From a virus, in the IMG/VR virus record IMGVR_UViG_3300017773_000004, positions 5,056 to 69,055 of that record: a stretch of DNA of 64,000 nt, one strand, 5' to 3'. A model generated the notes under the pieces. That model was not told the DNA's origin, made no database searches, and saw only the letters and a program-made list of their open reading frames with translations. Shown in pieces: positions 48,112-57,073 of this stretch. The position numbers and the translations under genes were made by a program. How positions within the stretch are numbered: the stretch's first letter is position 1; each line of letters begins with the position of its first letter.

Positions 48112-50937
48112 ATGGCAGTAGTAAATTTACCAGATAGTCCAGCCAATGGCAGTACACAAACTGTTGATGGAATTGTTTATACTTACAACTCTAGTAAGGG
48201 GTACTGGACGGCCGCGAGTTCCGGCGGAGGCACAATACAGGTAACTACAAGTGATTCGGCTCCTTCTAGTCCGGCAGATGGTGACCTATGGTATGATACT
48301 GATGATGGAGGTATGTTTGTATACTATGCAGACGGTTCTTCAAATCAATGGGTAGAAGTAGTAGGCTCACAAGGGCCTCAAGGAACCTTAAGTACTAGTG
48401 ATTCAGCTCCTTCTAATCCTTCAGCCGGGGATCTTTGGTATGATACTGATGATGGTGGATTATTTATATACTATTCAGATGGATCTTCAAATCAGTGGGT
48501 AGAAGTAGTTGGTCAAGCAGGGGCTCAAGGTCCCGCAGGTCCATCGGGGTCATCAACAATTGTAGCAAATACGACAGCCTTGCTAGCACTTTCTTCCCCC
48601 TCTGCGGGGGACCAAGCATTTGTAACTGGAAATAACACTTTATATTTCTATAATGGCAGTGGTTGGTATAAAATTGCACTCATCAACACAACTCCTTCTA
48701 TTTCTGGTGTAAATGCATCTTACGCTCTTGCAATTGATGGGTCAGCAACTACAGTCACTATTGTAGCATCTGATCCAGAAGGATTACCAATTACTTACAG
48801 TATTGCGAGTGATACCTCTGGTAATATTGCTACAGTAGCTCAGGGCACTGGAGCGAGTACAAATGTATTTACAATTACGCCTTCCACAAATAGTGCTCAT
48901 GCCGGTACATTTAGTCTTACCTTCCGAGCATCAGACGGCGTAAATTTTGCAACAGCAGCATCAAGCTTTACATTGCAGTTTAATGTACAAAATCAACGAT
49001 ATACAACTGCCTTGATTACTTCAGTGGGTGCAAATAATGCTGTAAATTCTTCGTTTGATGATAAATCCACTTCGGATCATACAATCACAGCAAATGGAGA
49101 TGCTCATCAAACTACATTTAGTCCTTATCGACATGGAGGATATTCAACTTATTTTGATGGCACAACAGATTATTTAAAAGTAACAGACTCAGCCGAACAT
49201 GACTTTGGAACAGGTGATTTCAGTATGGAATTTTTCTGGTGGCCTGAAACGGTAACTGGAAATAGTGGAAACATACATATAATGATTTCTGCTCCAAATA
49301 ATAGTCATAATCAGTTTATCTACCATGAGTCCAACTATTGGTACTACGCTGCCGGGTCTGGAGGTGCTACAGTTATACCCAGCTCTACAGGAGCTGCTAC
49401 TGTAAAGGCATGGAATCATGTAGTTCTTTGCAGATCTGGAACTACAATGAGTATATTTAGTAATGGTAGTCGAACTGCAACAGTGCAGTCAAGTGCAGCA
49501 GTTGATTTTTCTCATGCAACTATTGGTCGATATGATAGTGGAGGCTATGAAGTAGACGGATATATTCGAGATATGAGATGGTTAAAAGGAAGCTCTGCCT
49601 ACGATGCTACACAAACATCTATAACAGTTCCGACCGAGCCTCTTACAGCAGTAACAAACACTACTTTCCTTGCTTGTCACTTACCTTATATTGCTGATGG
49701 TTCTACTACAGGCCATAGTATTGCTGTAAATGGAAATACAAGCACAAAACCATTTGCACCTTATGATGGAGAAGAATATGCAGTAGCAAATCATGGAGGC
49801 TCTCTACATTCTGATGGTAGCGGAGATTATCTGGCAGTTGCAGCAAGCTCTGATTTTGATTTAGGAACATCTGACTTTACTATAGAAGGATGGGTGTACC
49901 CTACAGCTTACGGTAATGCAAACTTTCTTGTAGGACAAAATTATTTTTCAAGTATTGTTCAAATTAATTCTGGCAAACTGCAATTTTATTCGTCTCCAGC
50001 AAGTGCATATATAATTACTGCTGCAACTGATATTCCCCTCAATGCTTGGACTCATTGGGCAGTGGTACGAAATGGAAATGCTTGGGCTATTTATCTAAAT
50101 GGTAAATCAGATGCTACTGCTACCAATGCTGCGGATGCGGGTTTTGATGGTACAAATCCGTTACACATAATGAGATGGAATAACTCTAACGGCACTACCG
50201 TAGGAAATGTAGCAGATCTTCGTTTTGTAAAAGGAACCGCAGTTTATACTTCCAACTTTACACCTCCCACTGCGCCACTCACGGCAGTTACAAATACAAA
50301 ACTGCTTGTGCAGAGCACAGATGCAGGTATTATTGATAAGGCTCAAACAGCAGATGTTGTCCTTCTTGGGGCAGATGCTAAATCTTCTACAACTCAAAAT
50401 AAGTTTTTAACAAGTTCAATGTATTTTGATGGTACAGGAGACTACTTAGCAGCAGATATAGACGGAAAATTTTTTACAAAGCCTTGGACAATAGAAATGT
50501 GGATATGGGCTCCAAACTATACAGGAACAAAAGCGATAGGGCCGTCTTTTGGGGGAGGATCAGGAGCTTGGAATACTACAAATGGTCATCAATGGATTTC
50601 TTATACCTATAATGGCGACTTATGGTTCCAGTATTTTGGCACAAATAATAGCTATAACAATATTAATATAGGAACTGTTCCCCTAACTAATTCTACTTGG
50701 TGTCACTGGGCGTATTGCTGGGACGGCACAACTCTTAGATTCTTTAAAGATGGAACTTTAGAGCACTCAACTACAACTTTTACGCCAAAAGATGTAGCTA
50801 CCACTAATCTTAATCTCGGTAGACATAACAATGATTCAGAGTATAAAGAGGCTTATTATTCTGATGTAAGAATTACCAAAGGCTTAGCAAGATATACTTC
50901 AAACTTTACAGCGCCGACAGCGGCTTTAAAAGGATAA
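48112..50937 (+). CDS. adhesin with two GDLW modules, Ig/cadherin-like domain and three LamG-like domains (paralogue of 45645-48107)
   Basis: Same LamG-like framework motifs and identical C-terminal peptide ITKGLARYTSNFTAPTAALKG. Confidence 0.85.
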   Translation: MAVVNLPDSPANGSTQTVDGIVYTYNSSKGYWTAASSGGGTIQVTTSDSAPSSPADGDLWYDTDDGGMFVYYADGSSNQWVEVVGSQGPQGTLSTSDSAPSNPSAGDLWYDTDDGGLFIYYSDGSSNQWVEVVGQAGAQGPAGPSGSSTIVANTTALLALSSPSAGDQAFVTGNNTLYFYNGSGWYKIALINTTPSISGVNASYALAIDGSATTVTIVASDPEGLPITYSIASDTSGNIATVAQGTGASTNVFTITPSTNSAHAGTFSLTFRASDGVNFATAASSFTLQFNVQNQRYTTALITSVGANNAVNSSFDDKSTSDHTITANGDAHQTTFSPYRHGGYSTYFDGTTDYLKVTDSAEHDFGTGDFSMEFFWWPETVTGNSGNIHIMISAPNNSHNQFIYHESNYWYYAAGSGGATVIPSSTGAATVKAWNHVVLCRSGTTMSIFSNGSRTATVQSSAAVDFSHATIGRYDSGGYEVDGYIRDMRWLKGSSAYDATQTSITVPTEPLTAVTNTTFLACHLPYIADGSTTGHSIAVNGNTSTKPFAPYDGEEYAVANHGGSLHSDGSGDYLAVAASSDFDLGTSDFTIEGWVYPTAYGNANFLVGQNYFSSIVQINSGKLQFYSSPASAYIITAATDIPLNAWTHWAVVRNGNAWAIYLNGKSDATATNAADAGFDGTNPLHIMRWNNSNGTTVGNVADLRFVKGTAVYTSNFTPPTAPLTAVTNTKLLVQSTDAGIIDKAQTADVVLLGADAKSSTTQNKFLTSSMYFDGTGDYLAADIDGKFFTKPWTIEMWIWAPNYTGTKAIGPSFGGGSGAWNTTNGHQWISYTYNGDLWFQYFGTNNSYNNINIGTVPLTNSTWCHWAYCWDGTTLRFFKDGTLEHSTTTFTPKDVATTNLNLGRHNNDSEYKEAYYSDVRITKGLARYTSNFTAPTAALKG

Positions 50938-50941
50938 AATA

Positions 50942-52279
50942 ATGGCAACTAACTTTCCAGATAGTCCGTCCAACGGCGCCACACATACGTTTGGAGGGAC
51001 TACTTATACTTACAATTCTACAAAAGGTGTGTGGACAGCGCCTTCAGGAGGCAGCTTTACAGGGCTTTCTGATACTCCTTCTAGTCTTAGCGGACAAGGA
51101 GGAAAAACATTAAAAGTAAACTCTGCCGGAAATGCCGTCGAGTTTGCTAGTGTAGCTGCAGGGGACGGACAATCTCCGATTGTCTATACTGAACCTTCTG
51201 CAACTCATGATTTAAACAGTGATGGCAGTACTAGCACAGTGCAAATGCAGGCAGTAGACCCAGAAGGAACTGCTATAACTTATGCGATAGCATATGCGAA
51301 TGCCACGAATGCACGTCCAAATCAACTTGCAGCAGATACCGCTATTAATCAAAGCACTGGTACTTTTACCTTTGATCCTTCTACAACTAGTGGACATGCA
51401 GGCAGTTTTAAAGCAAGACTAAGTGCCTCAGATGGCATTTCAAGTGCTAGTCGTTTTGTAAACTTTAATCTTAGCTTCAATCCAGATATTACATATTTAA
51501 TTGTAGCAGGCGGTGGTGGTGGAGGTACACAGTCCGGTGGTGGTGGAGGTGCTGGAGGACTTCTTACTGGAACTAGTACTCTTGCTATCGGAACAACGTA
51601 CACAGTTACAGTTGGAGCAGGAGGTAATGGCTCTGCAACAGGTCCAGGAGCTGCACAAGATGGTGGAAATAGTGTGCTCTCTGGTAGTGGATTTACTACT
51701 CTTACTGCGATCGGTGGTGGTAAAGGAGGTATCTATAATGGTGGTTCAGGAGGCAACGGAGGTTCCGGTGGCGGGGGCGCTGTAAACAACGGTGCGGCAG
51801 GCACAGGAACATCAGGTCAAGGAAATGCAGGTGCCTCGGGCGGAGTAGATAATGGTAGTGCTACTGACTTCGGAGGAGGCGGTGGAGGTGCTGGTGAAGC
51901 CGGAAACACTGATGGGCCCGGACATGGTGGCGATGGTTTACAGTCAAGTATAACAGGAACGGCTACTTACTATGCTGGTGGTGGTGCTGGTGCTCACCAC
52001 CCTGCAAGTCAGTCTCCTGCTAGTGGAGGCCAAGGTGGTGGTGGTGCTGGAGTAAACTCATCCACGAATAGTGGTAACGGCTATCCTGGTACCGCAAATA
52101 CTGGAGGCGGTGGTGGTACTGGCGCAGAGCACAATAATACTGGAGGCGCAGGAGGTTCAGGAGTAGTAATTATTAGAACTACTTCAACAGCTGCTTCAAG
52201 TACTGGATCTCCCACTCTAACTACCGACGGATCTTTTAATGTATATAAATTTACTGGGTCTGGTAGTATAACATTCTAA
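50942..52279 (+). CDS. adhesin with Ig/cadherin-like domain and glycine-rich head (paralogue of 42405-43979)
   Basis: FPDSPSNG module, nearly identical THDLNSDGSTSTVQMQAVDPEG domain, Gly-rich C-terminus ending GSITF. Confidence 0.8.
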   Translation: MATNFPDSPSNGATHTFGGTTYTYNSTKGVWTAPSGGSFTGLSDTPSSLSGQGGKTLKVNSAGNAVEFASVAAGDGQSPIVYTEPSATHDLNSDGSTSTVQMQAVDPEGTAITYAIAYANATNARPNQLAADTAINQSTGTFTFDPSTTSGHAGSFKARLSASDGISSASRFVNFNLSFNPDITYLIVAGGGGGGTQSGGGGGAGGLLTGTSTLAIGTTYTVTVGAGGNGSATGPGAAQDGGNSVLSGSGFTTLTAIGGGKGGIYNGGSGGNGGSGGGGAVNNGAAGTGTSGQGNAGASGGVDNGSATDFGGGGGGAGEAGNTDGPGHGGDGLQSSITGTATYYAGGGAGAHHPASQSPASGGQGGGGAGVNSSTNSGNGYPGTANTGGGGGTGAEHNNTGGAGGSGVVIIRTTSTAASSTGSPTLTTDGSFNVYKFTGSGSITF

Positions 52280-52310
52280 TAAAAAAGGGGCTTAGAGCCC
52301 CTTTATTTCT
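52278..52310. terminator. bidirectional terminator between the convergent structural and replication blocks
   Basis: AAAGGGGCT-TAG-AGCCCCTTT hairpin with an A tract on the left and a T-rich tract on the right. Confidence 0.85.
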
Positions 52311-52471
52311 TCTTGAAGTGCCATTGTGAATCCACGTATTGCCATTTCAAGTCTTTGTACTTTTAGATTTTCTTGCTCTAATTGTTCTTGTAAATCTTGA
52401 ATTTGAGCAAGATATGAGATTGCTTTATCAGATAAGCTTTTTGGATCTATTTTCTCATCATCTACTTGCAT
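52292..52471 (-). CDS. small coiled-coil protein (DUF6447-like), paralogue of the upstream gene; start uncertain
   Basis: VDDEKIDPKSLSDKAISYLAQIQDL...LEMAIRGFTMALQEE aligns by eye with 52542-52823. Confidence 0.6.
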   Translation of the reverse strand: MQVDDEKIDPKSLSDKAISYLAQIQDLQEQLEQENLKVQRLEMAIRGFTMALQEEIKGL

Positions 52472-52541
52472 TGCAAGGCCGTCTCTATACCCTCCTTCAT
52501 TTTCCCAATCTTCTTCTGGTAGCAGAGGTATTTCTACTCCA

Positions 52542-52823
52542 TTACTCGGCTGAAGCTTCTTCTGCGGGGGCTTCTTCGCTACCATCTTCGTCCTCTCCTC
52601 CAGCAAAAATTCTCTCCTGAGCTTCTAGTTCTGCTTTCAGCAGGCTTACAAAACCTACTCGTGCAACTTCAATCTGATGAGATTTTGCTTTCAGTTGATT
52701 TGTTTGTATATTCAAATCTTGGATTTGATCTACGTAGTACTTTCCATTGTCGGTCATTTTTGAGACTTCGTATTCTTCTCCTCCAAGAACGACCGTAGGA
52801 TTTTCTGGGTTAATAATTTGCAT
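52542..52823 (-). CDS. small coiled-coil protein (DUF6447-like) with acidic tail
   Basis: AGGAG RBS; VVLGGEEYEVSKMTD...QIQDL...QIEVARVGFVSLLK. Confidence 0.7.
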   Translation of the reverse strand: MQIINPENPTVVLGGEEYEVSKMTDNGKYYVDQIQDLNIQTNQLKAKSHQIEVARVGFVSLLKAELEAQERIFAGGEDEDGSEEAPAEEASAE

Positions 52824-52831
52824 TTTCTCTC

Positions 52832-53791
52832 CTATTTAAAAATATCTTGCCAGTTACCCGTAGTGCTAGCTCTTGCATACTCTGTAGCACGATTCTCAAA
52901 AAAGTTGGTATGCTCAACCGCATTTAGCATATAGTCTAACCATGGCAAAGGATTATCTTCACTATGAAAAATCTTTTTCATGCCAAGACCAAGCAATCTT
53001 CGATCTGCAATATATCGAATATATTCCTTAACTTCTTCTGCTGTAAGGTCTGGAACATCTGCGCCTTCAAAGCAAAGATCAATAAAAGCATCTTCTAACT
53101 CTACTGTGCGCTCCGCTGCACAATAAATTTCATACTTTAGATCGTCATTCCAAAGTTCTGGATTCTCTGCAATAAATGTTCGGAATAGTTGAGACATTCC
53201 TTCTACATGCAGGCTTTCATCTCGAATGCTCCAAGTTACAATTTGTCCCATACCTTTCATAAGATTATGACGAGGAAAGTTAAGTAGAATTGCAAAACTA
53301 CTAAATAGCTGTACTCCTTCTGTAAATCCAGAGTAGATAGCCATAGTCTTTGCAATGTTCATTGGACTATCCATACCAAAGTTAGAGAGATGCTCATGCT
53401 TATCCATCATGGCTTTATGTTCCATGAATTTTTGATACTCATCGTCCCCAAAGCCCAATGTTTCTAAAAGCAGAGAATACGCTTCTTGATGTACGGCTTC
53501 CATTGCAGCAAATGCAGATAACATCATGCGTACTTCAGGCTGCTTAAATGTTGGTAGATAATGTGTGGCATAGCCACAGCAAACATCTACATCTGCCTGA
53601 GTAAAGAAACGAAAAATTTGATTAATAAGTTTCTTGTTCCCGGGTGTTAGTTTCTCCCTATAATCCTTTAAATCATCCGCAAGATTGACTTCATCCGGAA
53701 GCCAGTGCATATGCTGTTGATTTTTGTAATGCTCATAAGCCCAAGGATAGTTAAAAGGCTTATAATATTCTCTTTCCGCTAATAAATTCAT
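52832..53791 (-). CDS. nrdB: ribonucleotide reductase class Ia beta subunit
   Basis: YKPFNYPW, HWLPDEV, FFTQADVDV, EAVHQEAY (radical Tyr), TEGVQLFSSF and RDESLH motifs; ATG at 53791. Confidence 0.96.
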   Translation of the reverse strand: MNLLAEREYYKPFNYPWAYEHYKNQQHMHWLPDEVNLADDLKDYREKLTPGNKKLINQIFRFFTQADVDVCCGYATHYLPTFKQPEVRMMLSAFAAMEAVHQEAYSLLLETLGFGDDEYQKFMEHKAMMDKHEHLSNFGMDSPMNIAKTMAIYSGFTEGVQLFSSFAILLNFPRHNLMKGMGQIVTWSIRDESLHVEGMSQLFRTFIAENPELWNDDLKYEIYCAAERTVELEDAFIDLCFEGADVPDLTAEEVKEYIRYIADRRLLGLGMKKIFHSEDNPLPWLDYMLNAVEHTNFFENRATEYARASTTGNWQDIFK

Positions 53792-53793
53792 AT

Positions 53794-55569
53794 TTATCCT
53801 TCGCACGCTACACAAGCGTCCTCGTCCATAGACTCAAATATTCTTTTCCGTAGGACTTCATCTGATATTGTTTCCGCTCTTTTATGTGCTTCACTTCGTA
53901 AGTAGTAAAGTGTTTTTACTTTCTTTTTCCATGCCATCATATGTATAGCATGAAGTTCTTGCTTTGATATATCTGAAGGGAAAAATACATTTAGAGATTG
54001 ACTTTGACAAATTTGTTTTTGTCGATCTGCTGCCATATCAATAACCCATCTCTGATCTATTTCTACCGCAGTTTTAAATACATATTTTGTCCATTCATCT
54101 AAAAACTCCAGATGCTGAACAGACCCTCCACTTGTTACAATATCTTTCCATACTTCCTCTGTATCCATTTCGATGTCTTGGAGGACAGCCTGTAAATACT
54201 CATTTTTTTGTAAACTGGAGCCGGATTTAGTTTTTTGAGTAAATGCGTTAGCCCGATATGGCTCAATACTAGGACTTGTATTACCGCATATGATAGAGCT
54301 ACTAGCATTAGGAGCCACAGCCAACAGATGAACGTTGCGACGACCAGTGCCGACTGCATCAGGCGCTTCTCCGCGTTCTTTAGCCAATTGTTCACTTGCT
54401 GCCTCCGCGCATGATTTTATATGCCAAAACATTGCCATATTTCTATTTTTTGCCTGAAAAGATTCAAATGGTATGCTATGTCTTTGTAAATAGGCATGGA
54501 ACCCCATTGCACCAAGTCCAATACTTCTTTCCCGTGCAGCACTGTACTTAGCTTTTTTTAGCTCATTAGGAGCATTTTCAATAAAATGAGTAAGTACATT
54601 ATCTAGCATACGAACTAGATCAGGAATAAACTGAGGATCATTACTCCACTCATCGTATTCTTCCAAATTTACACTTGAAAGACAACATACTGCAGTGCGC
54701 TCTTCATCTGTAGGGAGCGTGATTTCACTACAAAGATTAGACTGATTTACTTTTAGTCCAAGTTGCTTTTGACACTCTGGCAGCCCTTCTTGTACTGTAT
54801 CGCCGAACATGATATAGGGCTCTCCAGTCTCTACGCGATTTTGAATAAGTTTTACCCAGAGAGTCTTAGCTGATACAACTTTTGTAGTAATACCACTGTT
54901 TGGATCAATTAAAGGCCAACTATCATCGAATCCTTCTTCTTTTGTGGCTCTTTCTATAAGTTCCATAAAATTGTCAGGGATAATGACACCATGATGAAGG
55001 TTTGTAGACTTACGATTAATATCGCCTCCAGTAGGCTTACGCATATCCAAGTATTCTTCAATTTCTGGATGACACATCGGTAAGTACGAAGCATAGCTTC
55101 CACGTCTTGTTACTCCTTGTGAGAACGCAAGCATCTCCGCGTCTACGACTTTAAGAAATGGTATAACGCCTGTAGACTCAGATCCATTACTGGTTTTCGA
55201 ACCCACTGAACGTATATCCCCCCAATAACCACCAATACCGCCACCGACTGAACTGAGAAACGCATTTTCTGTATAGTGGTCGGTGATACCTGTTCTACTA
55301 TCATCCACGTAATTGAGAAAACAGCTAATAGGAAGACCGCGCTTAGTACCTCCATTGCTAAGGATGGGAGTAGAGAACATGAACCAAAGTTTACTAGCGT
55401 AATCATACAGTCGCTGGGCATGTCCTTCATCATCTGCAAATGCCTCCGCTGCTCGTGCAAATGCTTGTTGTGGAGAACCTTCTCCGTCAACTAAGTATCT
55501 GTCTTGTAATGTTCTTATACTAAATTGTGAGAGATAACGATCTCTACGAAAATCAATATCTATATTCAT
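53794..55569 (-). CDS. nrdA: ribonucleotide reductase class I alpha subunit, short form without ATP cone
   Basis: STPILSNGG, PISCF, QSNLCSEI, CCLSS, APNASSS, TLYYLRS and C-terminal CVACEG. Confidence 0.96.
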   Translation of the reverse strand: MNIDIDFRRDRYLSQFSIRTLQDRYLVDGEGSPQQAFARAAEAFADDEGHAQRLYDYASKLWFMFSTPILSNGGTKRGLPISCFLNYVDDSRTGITDHYTENAFLSSVGGGIGGYWGDIRSVGSKTSNGSESTGVIPFLKVVDAEMLAFSQGVTRRGSYASYLPMCHPEIEEYLDMRKPTGGDINRKSTNLHHGVIIPDNFMELIERATKEEGFDDSWPLIDPNSGITTKVVSAKTLWVKLIQNRVETGEPYIMFGDTVQEGLPECQKQLGLKVNQSNLCSEITLPTDEERTAVCCLSSVNLEEYDEWSNDPQFIPDLVRMLDNVLTHFIENAPNELKKAKYSAARERSIGLGAMGFHAYLQRHSIPFESFQAKNRNMAMFWHIKSCAEAASEQLAKERGEAPDAVGTGRRNVHLLAVAPNASSSIICGNTSPSIEPYRANAFTQKTKSGSSLQKNEYLQAVLQDIEMDTEEVWKDIVTSGGSVQHLEFLDEWTKYVFKTAVEIDQRWVIDMAADRQKQICQSQSLNVFFPSDISKQELHAIHMMAWKKKVKTLYYLRSEAHKRAETISDEVLRKRIFESMDEDACVACEG

Positions 55570-56398
55570 CTAATTTACATCCAATATCTGAAATATTTTC
55601 CTTGCCTATTGCATCATCGCAGTAGGTCATTAAGTCCATTAGCTCATAGTTTGTGAGTAATTGTTCTGCATTTTCATTTAATGCTTGTATATGTTTATAC
55701 TTACTCGGTATTGGAGTAGCATTATAAATGTCCATTGCATCGCCGTAATCTTTTATAAGCTGAACTGCTCTCTTCGGGCCAATGCCAGGAATTCCTGGAA
55801 CATTATCGCCTTTATCCCCTGTAAGACACTTTAGGGAGATATAATCTTCAGGTTCAACTTCGTAATGTTCTCTCCAGTTATCCAACCTTACTTCTTTTCT
55901 TGTTACATAAGAGAATCTACTTACAGTGTCTTGAATAAGTAAGTCCCAGTCTCGGTCACTTGATACTAACCATATAGTTTCTAAATTATAAGCATTTTTA
56001 TGCTTTACTAAGTGTGCTGCAACATCATCTGCCTCCACACCCTTATAGCGAAGAATAGGATATTTTTCTGAAAGTATCTCTAAAGACGCTTCAAACTCTT
56101 CGAAGAACTCTTCAAATGCTATCTTTTCTTCTTCGCTTTGATTTGCAAATTTTTCTTTTCGATTTTGTTTGTAATCTGGAGAAATGTCTTTTCTATAGGT
56201 AGAAGATCCCCAATCTGCTGTAACAATAATCTTTTTACAATTATACGAGTTAGCTAAACTTTCTATAGTTTTTTCATACTCGTATCTAAAGTCTGTTCTA
56301 CCTTGGTGTTTCCAGCGAAATGCTAAATTCAAAGCATCTACGACTAGCACTGCATTTTCCTCACCATCAAGTAGTTTATCTGTAAAGTTAAATGCCAT
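55553..56398 (-). CDS. 5'-3' exonuclease / flap endonuclease (T5 D15-like)
   Basis: VVDALNLAFR, YKQNR, GVEADD, SSDRDWD and GDKGDNVPGIPGIGPKRA. Confidence 0.93.
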   Translation of the reverse strand: MAFNFTDKLLDGEENAVLVVDALNLAFRWKHQGRTDFRYEYEKTIESLANSYNCKKIIVTADWGSSTYRKDISPDYKQNRKEKFANQSEEEKIAFEEFFEEFEASLEILSEKYPILRYKGVEADDVAAHLVKHKNAYNLETIWLVSSDRDWDLLIQDTVSRFSYVTRKEVRLDNWREHYEVEPEDYISLKCLTGDKGDNVPGIPGIGPKRAVQLIKDYGDAMDIYNATPIPSKYKHIQALNENAEQLLTNYELMDLMTYCDDAIGKENISDIGCKLDEYRY

Positions 56399-56834
56399 TT
56401 AGAAACTCCAGCTTTTCGTTCTTTAACCACTCATCTGCAACCATAACATAACAGCCTAAAAAGTTTATATCTATCCATAGAGAAAAATTTTCGGGCTTAT
56501 CTTTTGCCACTACAAATATAGGAGAACGATTATATTTAAAAAACAACAACGGTTCTTGATTCCCTTGGTGCGCTTGTTGTACTACTTTATTCCACCATCG
56601 AATAAGATTATTTGTTCTAGGCGCGGTAAAAATTTTATCAGTAAGAGGAGAGTCTGAATAGTTTTTTACTTCTATGCAATACTTATTTTTTTCATGAGGA
56701 ACATATAAATCTCCCTTTAAATACTCAAGAGCCCCGGAACTTGGGACTCTTTCAAACTGAAGGCCTGTATGTTCTCTTAATAAATCTCTTACTAGATATT
56801 CCCCTCGAGCACCTTTTGCTCTGCTATCTACCAC
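56388..56834 (-). CDS. PD-(D/E)xK nuclease / Holliday junction resolvase-like (T5 D14-like)
   Basis: SRAKGARGE, ERVPSSGA, KGDL...IEVK. Confidence 0.85.
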   Translation of the reverse strand: MVDSRAKGARGEYLVRDLLREHTGLQFERVPSSGALEYLKGDLYVPHEKNKYCIEVKNYSDSPLTDKIFTAPRTNNLIRWWNKVVQQAHQGNQEPLLFFKYNRSPIFVVAKDKPENFSLWIDINFLGCYVMVADEWLKNEKLEFLNGI

Positions 56835-57073
56835 AATCTCCTCTCTATTTCTCGAAGTATATCTAATTTTTCTTTGTACTCTGCAAGCTTTCCTAGTTCA
56901 TCCTCGATTGCACCTACAACATCAGGATGCTCTCCTATTCCCACAGGACTTTTGAAATAGATTTGTATATTTGTTTCGTGGTACTTTATCTTTCCTAAAA
57001 GATAGTCTTTCATGTTTTCACACATCATGAAGCCTTGCGTCCATTGTGTGCCTAAATTATCATCTGGTTCCAT
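56828..57073 (-). CDS. small hypothetical protein (PVGIGEHPD motif)
   Basis: Fills the D13-D14 gap; helical hairpin with PVGIGEHPDVVGAIEDEL. Confidence 0.65.
   Translation of the reverse strand: MEPDDNLGTQWTQGFMMCENMKDYLLGKIKYHETNIQIYFKSPVGIGEHPDVVGAIEDELGKLAEYKEKLDILREIERRLW

Noticed and set aside
34757-52279. Diversity-generating retroelement suggested by the Mtd-like N-terminus and duplicated 3' ends
   Set aside because: No reverse transcriptase in the window, no non-coding template repeat, and differences between repeats are not adenine-specific. A DGR elsewhere in the genome cannot be excluded.
32823-52279. Invertase-driven shufflon or tail-fibre inversion system
   Set aside because: All genes are complete, on one strand with their own starts; repeats are direct rather than inverted; no site-specific recombinase is seen.
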